A DNA stretch of 32,569 nt from Priapulus caudatus (lineage: Eukaryota): contig NW_014577083.1 of assembly GCF_000485595.1 (NCBI RefSeq), forward strand, positions 639,286-671,854, given 5' to 3'. Positions within the stretch are counted from its first letter, which is position 1; each line of letters starts with the position of its first letter. The notes under the pieces were generated by a model that made no database searches, had not been told where the DNA came from, and saw only the letters and a list, made by a program, of their open reading frames with translations. Below are positions 1 to 10,011 of the stretch, one piece after another. The position numbers and the translations under genes are program-made.

Positions 1-115
1 ATATATATATATATATATACCTGTCTACGCATATACATGCACGCATCCGCACGCTCGCACGCCCGCACGCACGCACGCACGCACGTATACATGCACGCAA
101 GCGCCCACGCACGCT
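1..115. repeat. (AT)n followed by degenerate (GCAC)n microsatellite
   Basis: Read directly: atatatat... then gcacgcacgcac... Confidence 0.9.
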
Positions 116-2044
116 TTTAGACAAAGGGCCTATTTATAATAATTCCTTCGTATAAGCGCGCTATGGGGGAATATTGTATGACGTTGGCTGTATTAGTTCA
201 TCATAACATCCTTAATTCCGTCTTATACTTCCTTGTTTATACTTCCTTATTAGTATAGTATGATTGTAAGATTTCTCTAATCGCGGTTTGTTACCTATAA
301 TTACTATTGTTGCGATGAATCCTGCATACATTTAGCCAATTAACACAGCCAGTACATTCATCCCCGATAACATTTTACATCAAACAAGGAGCTTCTTCCA
401 TAATTAGTTGAATAACGATCCATGTATTATTAGTCATACTAAACATGTCATTCAGTATTTCGAATTGATTCAATGGAAAATTACTTACATTTGTAAAGGC
501 TACCATGTGAAATAGATGATAAAAGAATGCAATGAATTTTGATTGAATGTGACGCAAGTCTTAATTAATTACGTTCCTGTCGGCAGGTTTGTGGGCTGAT
601 ATACCATACTCTTGTATATATAGCGGGATATTATTTCTACCCGTACCATAAATATATGCAAGTTAACGTTTAATATCTCTAGTCGGTGTAGACAAAAATG
701 TGTTCTAAATGTTTCAGCCTTACACATTATTAAAGCACAATATTTCAAAGAGTACACACTGCTGTGTTTTTGGAATGGCAATTATTCTAGCACTCGCACG
801 CACAACTGCAGTGGAGGGCAATTTACCTTTAATATCACTCTGTAACTATATTGATATTCCTCGTCGAAAAAAATTCACCTAAGCACCGACATAAAGACTT
901 CATTAAACGTCGGAGAGTGGGAGTAAAACAGTAACGACGTGAGGGCATCAATATATCAGAGTGTGCTGAGTAGCGGCGGTGATCGCTCCAGCAATCCACT
1001 CCGCCAGCCCGTGCACTGTATATCGGACCAGCTGGTGAAACAACCGACCAGCGCGCAAATGTGTGGCTGGGATCACTGACATGCGTTTTACTCCCTCGTC
1101 ATTTATTCATATCGACTCTGGTGCATATGGAACTGTAATTACCAATACAGGATGCACGGTAGAAGGTTCGGGGGGGGGGGGACACTGCACTAAGATTTAT
1201 CGAGAAAAAGCGAGTCGCGTGCTTATATGGCGTCCAGAAAACGTTGCAATGCATGATGAACCCGCGTGACCTTGCGCGATGACATTGACGAGAAATAGCT
1301 ACGCTATAGAGAAAAGCGTATCGGTAGTAGATATATAGTGGACTGGAAAATTATATTTTTATCCTATACTTTATTCACGCAAAAATGGTCCAATCGCATT
1401 CTCGTTCGGCATGATGTCAATTTCAGTCCATATCCAATCACGACGCTCTGAGTGGTGATATTAAGGTGTATACACACACGCGTGCGCGCACACGCATTCA
1501 TGCGCGCACGCACACACACGCTAGGACGTATATGCAGTCAGATATGACAATGCGCTGTAAACAAATGTGGAGCGAAGGAAGGCAGGAGTTAATGGGGTTG
1601 GCCCTTATTTTCTAGCGCTTATACTCGGAGCCGTTCAGTCATCGCGTGTGGAAAAACAGTGACGAGCAAGCAACTCTGTAATGATCAATCACATAATATT
1701 CTCGATGACATTAGCTATTAACTAGCTCAACGTCATAGCGAGATTGTATCTAAGACGATAAGCTTAACAATATATCATACAGCGCGCGCACACGCTTAAT
1801 TCTTAACCTTTAAAGCGATGATGCCGAGGCCGTTTTGCAATAAAAATGTACTTATTAGAATGCAAATTGCTATTATCTTGGCACATTTCAACGTTTATGT
1901 TCATGCTGCGCCATTCGATTATTTCAAAGCTTTAATTGTTCAGTGATTTAAAAGTCCAGGCCGATAATTTGCGTCAGGCGTCGTACAGAGATGAGAAGTA
2001 CGTTATCAGAGCAGCGGCTGGCGTCGCAGCCACGCGAGCAACGA

Positions 2045-2328
2045 ATGTGTGTGAAGTTATTTCCTAGTTCCTAGTTCCTTATTACTCTTAATTACGCTTA
2101 ATTATTACTCTTAATTACTCTTATTACTCTTACATTACATTAAAACTCTCCACAAGCTAGAGAATAGCATGTGCACCATCCACAACCTGAGCTACATCTG
2201 TGTCTATGCATGGTGAAATAAAAGTGAATTATACTCGCCTAATGGCGCTGCTCTAAAATAAGGAAATGGGTCTAAAAAAGGTAAGTGGGCGCTTACAACT
2301 AGGAACTAGAAAATAGCTTCACGCGCAT
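2045..2328. mobile_element. MITE-like segment bounded by a 32-bp imperfect inverted repeat
   Basis: 2045-2076 atgtgtgtgaagttatttcctagttcctagtt pairs with 2297-2328 aactaggaactagaaaatagcttcacgcgcat (28/32 by hand, all mismatches transitions). Interior is AT-rich and non-coding. No clear target-site duplication. Confidence 0.35.
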
Positions 2329-2387
2329 ATGGGTCTAAAAAAAGCAAGTGGACTCTTACAACTAGGAACTAGGAACTAGAAAATAGC
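2266..2387 (+). repeat. Two-copy tandem duplication, period 63 bp
   Basis: atgggtctaaaaaag...cttacaactaggaactag...aaaatagc starts at 2266 and again at 2329. Confidence 0.85.
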
Positions 2388-2479
2388 GGAAATCAGCTTG
2401 AGCACCGTGGGGAAGATGCAGGCTTGCATAGTTAGTTATATGCAGGGACAACGCACTGCGCAGGGCACTGCCGGCATGT

Positions 2480-2850
2480 AAGAAGCCAGGACCTGCTAGG
2501 CATAAAAAGTGCAGCAACATAATATAGGGAGCGAGGGGAGCGAGGGTTACATGGTAAAGCAGGGAGCTATATACTCCTCCGCGGGGCAGCGTGAAGACTA
2601 CATTAATATAAGGGGCATGGTGCAAAATTCAGAGGGGCTAAAGTGAGGCAAGAAGCAGGAAGAAACAGAACGACTGTGTGCGACATCGGGCATAAGCTAT
2701 ATGAGCAGATAACAGACTTTAGTGGTTTTGGGAAATTGACGGTTGTATTGAGTGGCTAGTGCTGTAATATGCATCAGGAGCGAGAAAAACACCCGGTCTC
2801 CCGCCGTGGTCAGAATGCACTCGGATATCCAAGAGGATTTGCCATGATAT
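2480..2850 (-). pseudogene. Possible decayed non-LTR retrotransposon reverse-transcriptase fragment
   Basis: One minus frame with 3 internal stops gives ILLDIRVH...GVFLAPDAYYSTSHSI and, 66 codons later, LPRGGVYSSLLYHV. These resemble the RT motifs hFLDxxxAFDxVxH and GxPQGxxLSPxLY. Catalytic Asp residues are absent. Resemblance judged by eye only. Confidence 0.3.
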
Positions 2851-2930
2851 TACTATAATATTAATAAAAATTATAATAATAAAAATGTATATATAATATA
2901 TGTATAATAATATTATATATATATATATAA

Positions 2931-3647
2931 NNNNNNNNNNNNNNNNNNNNNNNNNNNNNNNNNNNNNNNNNNNNNNNNNNNNNNNNNNNNNNNNNNNNNN
3001 NNNNNNNNNNNNNNNNNNNNNNNNNNNNNNNNNNNNNNNNNNNNNNNNNNNNNNNNNNNNNNNNNNNNNNNNNNNNNNNNNNNNNNNNNNNNNNNNNNNN
3101 NNNNNNNNNNNNNNNNNNNNNNNNNNNNNNNNNNNNNNNNNNNNNNNNNNNNNNNNNNNNNNNNNNNNNNNNNNNNNNNNNNNNNNNNNNNNNNNNNNNN
3201 NNNNNNNNNNNNNNNNNNNNNNNNNNNNNNNNNNNNNNNNNNNNNNNNNNNNNNNNNNNNNNNNNNNNNNNNNNNNNNNNNNNNNNNNNNNNNNNNNNNN
3301 NNNNNNNNNNNNNNNNNNNNNNNNNNNNNNNNNNNNNNNNNNNNNNNNNNNNNNNNNNNNNNNNNNNNNNNNNNNNNNNNNNNNNNNNNNNNNNNNNNNN
3401 NNNNNNNNNNNNNNNNNNNNNNNNNNNNNNNNNNNNNNNNNNNNNNNNNNNNNNNNNNNNNNNNNNNNNNNNNNNNNNNNNNNNNNNNNNNNNNNNNNNN
3501 NNNNNNNNNNNNNNNNNNNNNNNNNNNNNNNNNNNNNNNNNNNNNNNNNNNNNNNNNNNNNNNNNNNNNNNNNNNNNNNNNNNNNNNNNNNNNNNNNNNN
3601 NNNNNNNNNNNNNNNNNNNNNNNNNNNNNNNNNNNNNNNNNNNNNNN
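2931..3647. other. Assembly gap (717 N)
   Basis: Run of N, flanked by (AT)n on the left and a G-run on the right. Confidence 0.99.
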
Positions 3648-3939
3648 GGGGGGAGGGGGTCGCGCGTATACGGAGCACAGAGAGATGAGATAGCAAGTAG
3701 GAGAGATGGGGAATCGAATCGCGCGCATGTACTCGCTGGCTACGGGAGCCTTTAACAGTCCTCCGGTTGGTAAACAGGAACCCCTCTCTCTGTGGATAAT
3801 GTGAGACGCTGCTCCCGATTGCCTGTCGACATCATTGGGTTTCTATATGAGATTTATTCCGTGGAAGAATATCCATGAATTGATGCTGGCAGCAAGAGTT
3901 AACTCACTTCGCGTCGCTGAATATTACATTTTTATTATT

Positions 3940-4158
3940 TGTAGTCCTATTCCTATTCTTATTTCCATTCTCATTCCCATTCCGTTTACCTTTACCTTTA
4001 CTTTTACATTTACCGTTGCCATTCCTATTTCCATTACTTTTCATATTCCTATTCTTATTCCTATTCCTATTCCTATTCCTATTCTTATTCCTATTCCTAT
4101 TCCTATTCCTATTCATATTCCCATTCCCAATCCTATTCCGATTCCTATTCCTATTCCT
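3940..4158 (+). repeat. (ATTCCT)n hexanucleotide microsatellite with a degenerate (TTTACC) portion
   Basis: Direct reading; explains the IPIPIP, FLFLFL and RNRNRN ORFs. Confidence 0.95.
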
Positions 4159-4179
4159 AGGGTTTCTACACAGGGAAAC

Positions 4180-4545
4180 AAATGGACCTGGAAACGGACG
4201 TATACGCCCAAGTCAACAGCCCTACATAGCCAAGTATACAGATATATACGGACAAACAAAAGACCTACATAGTCAAGAAAAGTACCCATACGGTTAAAGA
4301 AACGAACGGACACGGGCTTGCAAATGGACTTACACGGCAAGCAACGGACGTGCACGGACAAGGAAAAGGAACCCACACGGTTATGGTAACGGATCTATAA
4401 GGGTATGCAAACGGACGTGCCATGGACAAGGAAAGGAACCACACGGTTATGCGTAACGGGATCTATAGAGGGTATGCAAAGACGTGCACGGACAAGGAAA
4501 GGAACCCACACGGTTAAGGTAACAGATCTATACGGGCATGGCTTA
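4180..4545 (+). repeat. 22-bp-monomer tandem array grading into a 66-bp trimeric unit (copy A)
   Basis: Monomers such as acggacgtgcacggacaaggaa, aggaacccacacggttatggta and acggatctataagggtatgcaa; unit starts near 4360, 4428 and 4494. Confidence 0.85.
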
Positions 4546-4664
4546 ACATGGCGATCTATGCGTGAACGTGGATCGTCCGATAACACTGCTACACATCTCG
4601 TCGTAACATGGACAACGTCGTTCTCGCGCTCTAACTATCTGGCGACGGCTTTAGTTCTTCGCAG

Positions 4665-4754
4665 GTGTCGTTGCTAATTGTGCTGCAACACGCTACGAGT
4701 GGTTTCCTTTGCTCGTTACCGTGCTGCGCGCTACACCTTGACGCGCGCTACAAG
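4665..4754 (+). other. Candidate 90-nt internal exon
   Basis: CTAAC branch-point-like motif at about 4631, acceptor ttcttcgcag|, donor aag|gtaacc; open frame VSLLIVLQHATSGFLCSLPCCALHLDARYK. The splice signals also occur in copy B. Confidence 0.25.
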
Positions 4755-5226
4755 GTAACCGTGTAGCGCTTCGTTACGCGAGCCCACCTATTGTTTCCCG
4801 CCTGAAAGAGTTGACACACTATGAGGCTTATCGGGGTGGGACAGGTGGGAAAAGCAATTTATTCAGTCTTCCGCTCCTGGCGTACAGAACCTCGCGACTG
4901 CAGTCAAATGAAGGTAATAAGGCTGGCTGCGGCGCTCGTGTTTCTCGGCCGACGCATTCAGACGTCGTCAGGGCGGCGGCGTGGCCACGGGCGAACACAG
5001 CTGTCGCGCGGCTTTCGGCAACAATAGTTGGACTGGCTAGCCAATCAGATACGCGCATCATCTTGCGCCGACGAACAAACGCACATTGTCTAGTATACAC
5101 ACACGCATCCGAGCTCTGCCACCGCTGGTGGCACGCACGCACGCACACACATACGCATGCCACGTAAACATGCACGCACGCACGCGCATGCACTCCTTGC
5201 AATTCTTCGCGCATCGTGCCTTCCAG

Positions 5227-5552
5227 CACTCGTGCATGATTGAACGTCGAGAAAGTGATGGCGGATGAGAAGCCGAGGCGCGGTGCTGGCGACAATGCCG
5301 GTGACGGGCGATAGATGTGATGATGTGCATTGATGATGTGCGATGATTTGATGATCGGCGTGCGAAGATGTGACATGTATGATGAATGATGAATCTATGA
5401 GATATGCATGATGATGATGATGATGATGTCTACGATAAAACGATGACGACAACAGGCGACAACAAACGACGATGACGACGACGACGCACGATAATTCTGA
5501 GATGATGATGCCACCGCCGCCGGCACATAAACGTCGCCGATCACGCATATAG
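5227..5552 (+). CDS. Candidate Asp-rich terminal exon with C-terminal basic motif (copy A, frameshifted by noise)
   Basis: Acceptor gccttccag|cac; begins HSCMIERRESDG, ends PPPAHKRRRSRI-TAG; the GAT tract between them is corrupted by indels. Confidence 0.3.
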
Positions 5553-5818
5553 CGTCCGCTGATTATTGCGAGATGTCATCACATCTCTAGCGCGCGCGTT
5601 AGTACGCTAGCCACATGCAGCCCTCGGGCGGTGCGTACACACAGCACACACAGAGCTAGGCGTGCGTGTACATGAGCTCACGGGCGGCTATACGGGTGGC
5701 GTGTGTGTGCGGCGTGGAGTCGCGTGGCGGTCCGTGATAACGGCTGCCACGCAATCACGCGGCACCCCGCGACGGATCGTCTGATTCAGGAGGGGCAGGC
5801 GAGGGTGTCATTGGAGTG

Positions 5819-6081
5819 GCAGCTTAGAGCGCGCAGCCAGAAGGCAGTCTAGCGATGCAGTCCAGGAGCGCAATCTGGAGATGCCCATCCTAGAGCGCAG
5901 CTAAGAAGGCAGTCTAGCGATGCAGCCCAGAGGGCAATCTGGAGATGCAGCATAGAGCGCAGCTAAGAAGGCAGTCTAGCGATGCAGCCAAGATGGTAGA
6001 CTAAAGATGCAGCTAAGATTGCAGTCTATAGATGCCGCCCAGAGGGCAGCCATGAGGGAAGCTGGAAGGGCAGCCGGAATT
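5819..6081 (+). repeat. 12/13-bp GCAG-initiated tandem array with a 62-bp higher-order period (copy A)
   Basis: gcagctaagaag / gcagtctagcgat / gcagcccagagg / gcaatctggagat / gcagcatagagc repeated. Confidence 0.85.
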
Positions 6082-7079
6082 TGAACAAGAAGATTGAGCT
6101 GGAGGAAGGGGTGGCAGTCCTCAGACAGATGAATATCCCAATCCCGATATCCGAATCCAGAAAATCCGAACCCAGAATCCGAACCCAGTGCGTTGGTAAC
6201 AGACGCTGCTATCTCTGACGCGCGCGTGGTGTGCCGGCATCTGCTTCAACTGCATCAACGACGAGGAAAACACACGGCATCGATGATCAGCACTCACGGA
6301 TCATCAGGACTGGTCTCATCGTGGTGACGACGCAAGGAGGCTGCTGGTAGAGAATAAATGGAGCATGCGGTGTGAGATCTAGCGAGGCAGAGTCGCATGT
6401 GCCGCGCCTGTGTCAGTTAGCAGTGTAACGGCGCATCGTGGAGCGGCAACACGCGATGATGGTGGCTTAATGCTGCTACGTTGTTGTGATTTTCGCCGTT
6501 AGCTTCGTCGTCTCGTAAAACATGATCTATTCGCGATATGCATCTCCCCCACAGCACGCCTGGCTGCGCCCTTCCTGGCTCACAACACACTTAAATCAGC
6601 CTCCGTGTAATGTAGCAAAACCACAAAGTTCTAATGCGCAACATTAAGATGTAGATCGCATACTACCAGTGACGACAAGCAAACCTTCCCTACATCCTCT
6701 CTCACACGAAACCTCTGGCTAGTCCTTCTTCCTTCTCAGCACCCCTACCTTATCTATCCGCCCTCACAACATCTCCGGCCTTCTCTCCTTCTCCGTCACA
6801 ACGACTCACCCAGTCCCGTCGGTGGCCATGCACCACCAGCGTCACTCGCTTGCTTTATCCGCCATCCATCTTCCGTCAATAGTTGGGGTCGCCTGGTCGC
6901 GTGTAATTCGGGATTCTCACAGCGACTTGTCGCCGTATTTCTGCGTACAGCCGCGGGTAACCACGGCGCTGTCGACGCTTGTGTGTCAGCAAGGCAGCGA
7001 TGGGGCAGTAGAGAGGGAAAGGGGAACAGGCGACGAAAGATGTGCAGTTGGGTTCACTGGTGGCGGAAGGAACGCATGG

Positions 7080-7260
7080 GAGAGACAGAGGAGGCGGCTG
7101 AGGGTTAGGACGGGGCAGTGGTGTAGGAAGGGGGCGGTTACGGCGGAGGGGGTTTTAGTAAGGGAGGGGCGGCGGTTACGACTGCGGGGGTGTAAGAAGG
7201 GGTAGGCGGCGGTTACGGCGGAGGGGGGTGTAAAAAGGGGGAGGCGGCAGCAGCGGCGGC
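7080..7260 (+). repeat. G-rich block with repeated GGCGGTTAC(G) motifs (copy A)
   Basis: ggcggttacg occurs three times between G4-G6 runs; equivalent block at about 11070-11230. Confidence 0.75.
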
Positions 7261-7663
7261 GCTGTCGTATCACCGTCTAATTCGCCGCGCGCGTTTCTTC
7301 GGCTCGGAACCCGAGCCTCCGAAATTCGCATTCCCGGGTATTTCAATTATGCATGCGCGCCCGCCGTCGCTCCTCGGCGAGCAATCAGGATGACGATGAA
7401 GCAGATCCGAGGCAAACGATTTCTCACGTAAGCCGGCGCGCGTAGACGCCGACACGATTCCCGCCGGGTGTCAGGCCTGCACGCGCATTAAACAGCGAGT
7501 CCCTGACAGGGGAGACCCCATACCGCACTTCTGCGCAAATATTTGAGCTGACGAGGGGATGGATAATTAGGCTCGCTGAGCGGCGGCGGCGTCGTCGGCA
7601 GGGCCAGGCTCTGGCTGCTGCGACAGGGGGGTTTAATTATTTTTTTCCGCGTGCCCTCCCCAG

Positions 7664-8035
<372 letters not shown>

Positions 8036-8247
8036 CATAGTTAATAAAGATCGCGAACGTCCTCTGGTAACAACTGCGGAGAAGATCGAGATGAATAATC
8101 ATACGACTCGAATCCGTCACGAGTAAATTTAATGTTACATAATTCACATAATGTCAAGAGCTTATAAATACCTTATTAAAAGGTATTTATTAGCTCTTGA
8201 TAATGTGTAGAAATACATTTATCTAGCTGTGTGTGTATATATAATAA

Positions 8248-8257
8248 NNNNNNNNNN
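8248..8257. other. Assembly gap (10 N) at the junction of the two 3.9-kb copies
   Basis: Run of N. Confidence 0.99.
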
Positions 8258-8560
8258 AAGGAAAGGAACCCACACGGTTATGGTAACGGATCTATAAGGG
8301 TATGCAAACGGACGTGCACGGACAAGGAAAGGAACCCACACGGTTATGGTAACGGATCTATAAGGGTATGCAAACGGACGTGCACGGACAAGGAAAGGAA
8401 CCCACACGGTTATGGTAACGGATCTATAAGGGTATGCAAACGGACGTGCACGGAAAAGGAAAGGAACCCACACGGTTAAGGTAACGGATCTATAAGGGTA
8501 TGCAAATGTACGTGCACGGACAAGGAAAGGAACCCACACGGTTAAGGTAACAGATCTATA
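8258..8560 (+). repeat. 66-bp minisatellite, about 4.6 near-identical copies (copy B)
   Basis: Unit starts at 8258, 8324, 8390, 8456 and 8522; matches the 22-aa period of ORFs 8219..8539 and 8231..8479. Confidence 0.95.
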
Positions 8561-9250
8561 CGGGCATGGCTAACATGGCGATCTATGCGTGAACGTGGAT
8601 CGTCCGTACACTGCTACACATCTCGTCGTAATATGACAACGTCGTTCTCGCGCTCTAACTATCTGGCGACGGCTTTAGTCTTCGCAGGTGTCGTTGCTAA
8701 TTGTGCTGCAACACGCTACGAGTGGTTTCCTTTGCTCGTTACCGTGCTGCCGGCTACACCTTGACGCGCACTACAAGGTAACCGTGTAGCGCTTCGTTAG
8801 CGGCCCACCTATTGTTCCCCGCTGAAAGAGTTGACACACTATGAGGCTTATCGGGGTGGGACAGGGTGGGAAAGCAATTTATTCAGTCCCGCTCCTGCGT
8901 AACAGAACCCTCGCGACTGCAGTCAAATGAAGGTAATAAGGCTGGCTGCGGCGCTCGTGTTTCTCCGGCCGACGCATTCAGACGTCGTCAGGGCGGCGGC
9001 GTGGCCCGGGAACAAGCTGTCGCGCGGCTGTCGGCAACAATAGTTGGACTGGCTAGCAATCAGATACGCGCGATCATCTTGCGCCGACGAACAAACGCAC
9101 ATTGTTAGTATACACACACGCATCCGAGCTCTGCCCACCGCTGGTGGGCACGCACGCACGCACACACATGCGCATGCACGTAAACATGCACGCACGCACG
9201 CATGCACTCGTTTTCTCCTTGCAATTCTTCGCCGCATCGTGCCTTCCCAG

Positions 9251-9415
9251 CACTCGCGCATGATTGAACGTCGAGAAATGATGGGGATGAGAAGCCCGAG
9301 GCGCGGGCTGGCGACAATGCCGGTGACGGTGATGATGATGATGATGATGATGTTGTTGATGATGATGATGGTGATGATGATAATGATGATGATGATGATG
9401 ATAATACTGATGGTG

Positions 9416-9457
<42 letters not shown>

Positions 9458-9556
9458 TCTACGATGAAAACGACGATGACGACGACGACGACGATAATTC
9501 TGATGATGATGATGCACCGCCGCCGAGCACATAAACGTTGCCGATCACGCATATAA
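9251..9556 (+). CDS. Candidate Asp-rich terminal exon (copy B, cleaner poly-Asp tract)
   Basis: Frame from 9307 reads AGDNAGDG-D7-VV-D4-G-D3-N-D6-NTDGE-D13-VYDEN-D8-NS-D4-APPP with mixed GAT/GAC codons. One extra base relative to copy A separates it from AHKRCRSRI-TAA. Confidence 0.35.
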
Positions 9557-9814
9557 CGTCCGCTGATTATTGCGAGATGTCATCAACTCTAGCGCGCGCG
9601 TTAGTACGCTAGCACATGCAGCCCTCGGGCGGTGCGTACACACACACACACAGAGCTAGGCGTGCGTGTACATGAGCTCCACGGGCGGTATACGGTGGCG
9701 TGTGTGTGCGGCGTGAGTCGCGTGGCGGTCCGTGATAACGGCTGCAACCGCAATCACCGGGCACCCCGCGACGGATCGTCTGATTCAGGAGGGGCAGGCG
9801 AGGGTGTCATGAGT

Positions 9815-10011
9815 GCAGCTTAGAGCGCAGCCAAGAAGGCAGTCTAGCGATGCAGCCCAGAGGGCAATCTGGAGATGCAGCATAGAGCGCAGCTAAGAAG
9901 GCAGTCTAGCGATGCAGCCAAGATGGTAGACTAAAGATGCAGCTAAGATTGCAGTCTATAGATGCCGCCCAGAGGGCAGCCATGAGGGAAGCTGGAAGGG
10001 CAGCCGGAATT
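9815..10011 (+). repeat. 12/13-bp tandem array (copy B, about one 62-bp unit shorter than copy A)
   Basis: Same monomers as 5819-6081. Confidence 0.85.

Noticed and set aside
919..1095. 11-bp inverted repeat gggagtaaaac / gttttactccc
   Set aside because: Short, does not extend cleanly, and has no TSD.
2719..3728. Long ORFs of 262-325 aa
   Set aside because: They consist mostly of X residues from the N-gap.
3835..4376. IP-, FL- and RN-repeat ORFs
   Set aside because: Translations of the (ATTCCT)n microsatellite.
4770..5090. BEN-domain-like fragments (HLLFP, ELTHY, SSCADEQ)
   Set aside because: Needs several frameshifts, at least one shared by both copies, and the spacing is longer than I expect for a BEN domain; unsupported without a profile search.
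8219..8539. 22-aa repeat proteins on both strands
   Set aside because: Product of a 66-bp minisatellite whose underlying monomer is 22 bp (non-triplet); one ORF contains an internal gap.
8258..8560. CRISPR-like regular repeats
   Set aside because: Units are head-to-tail with no unique spacers, there are no cas genes, and the context is eukaryotic.
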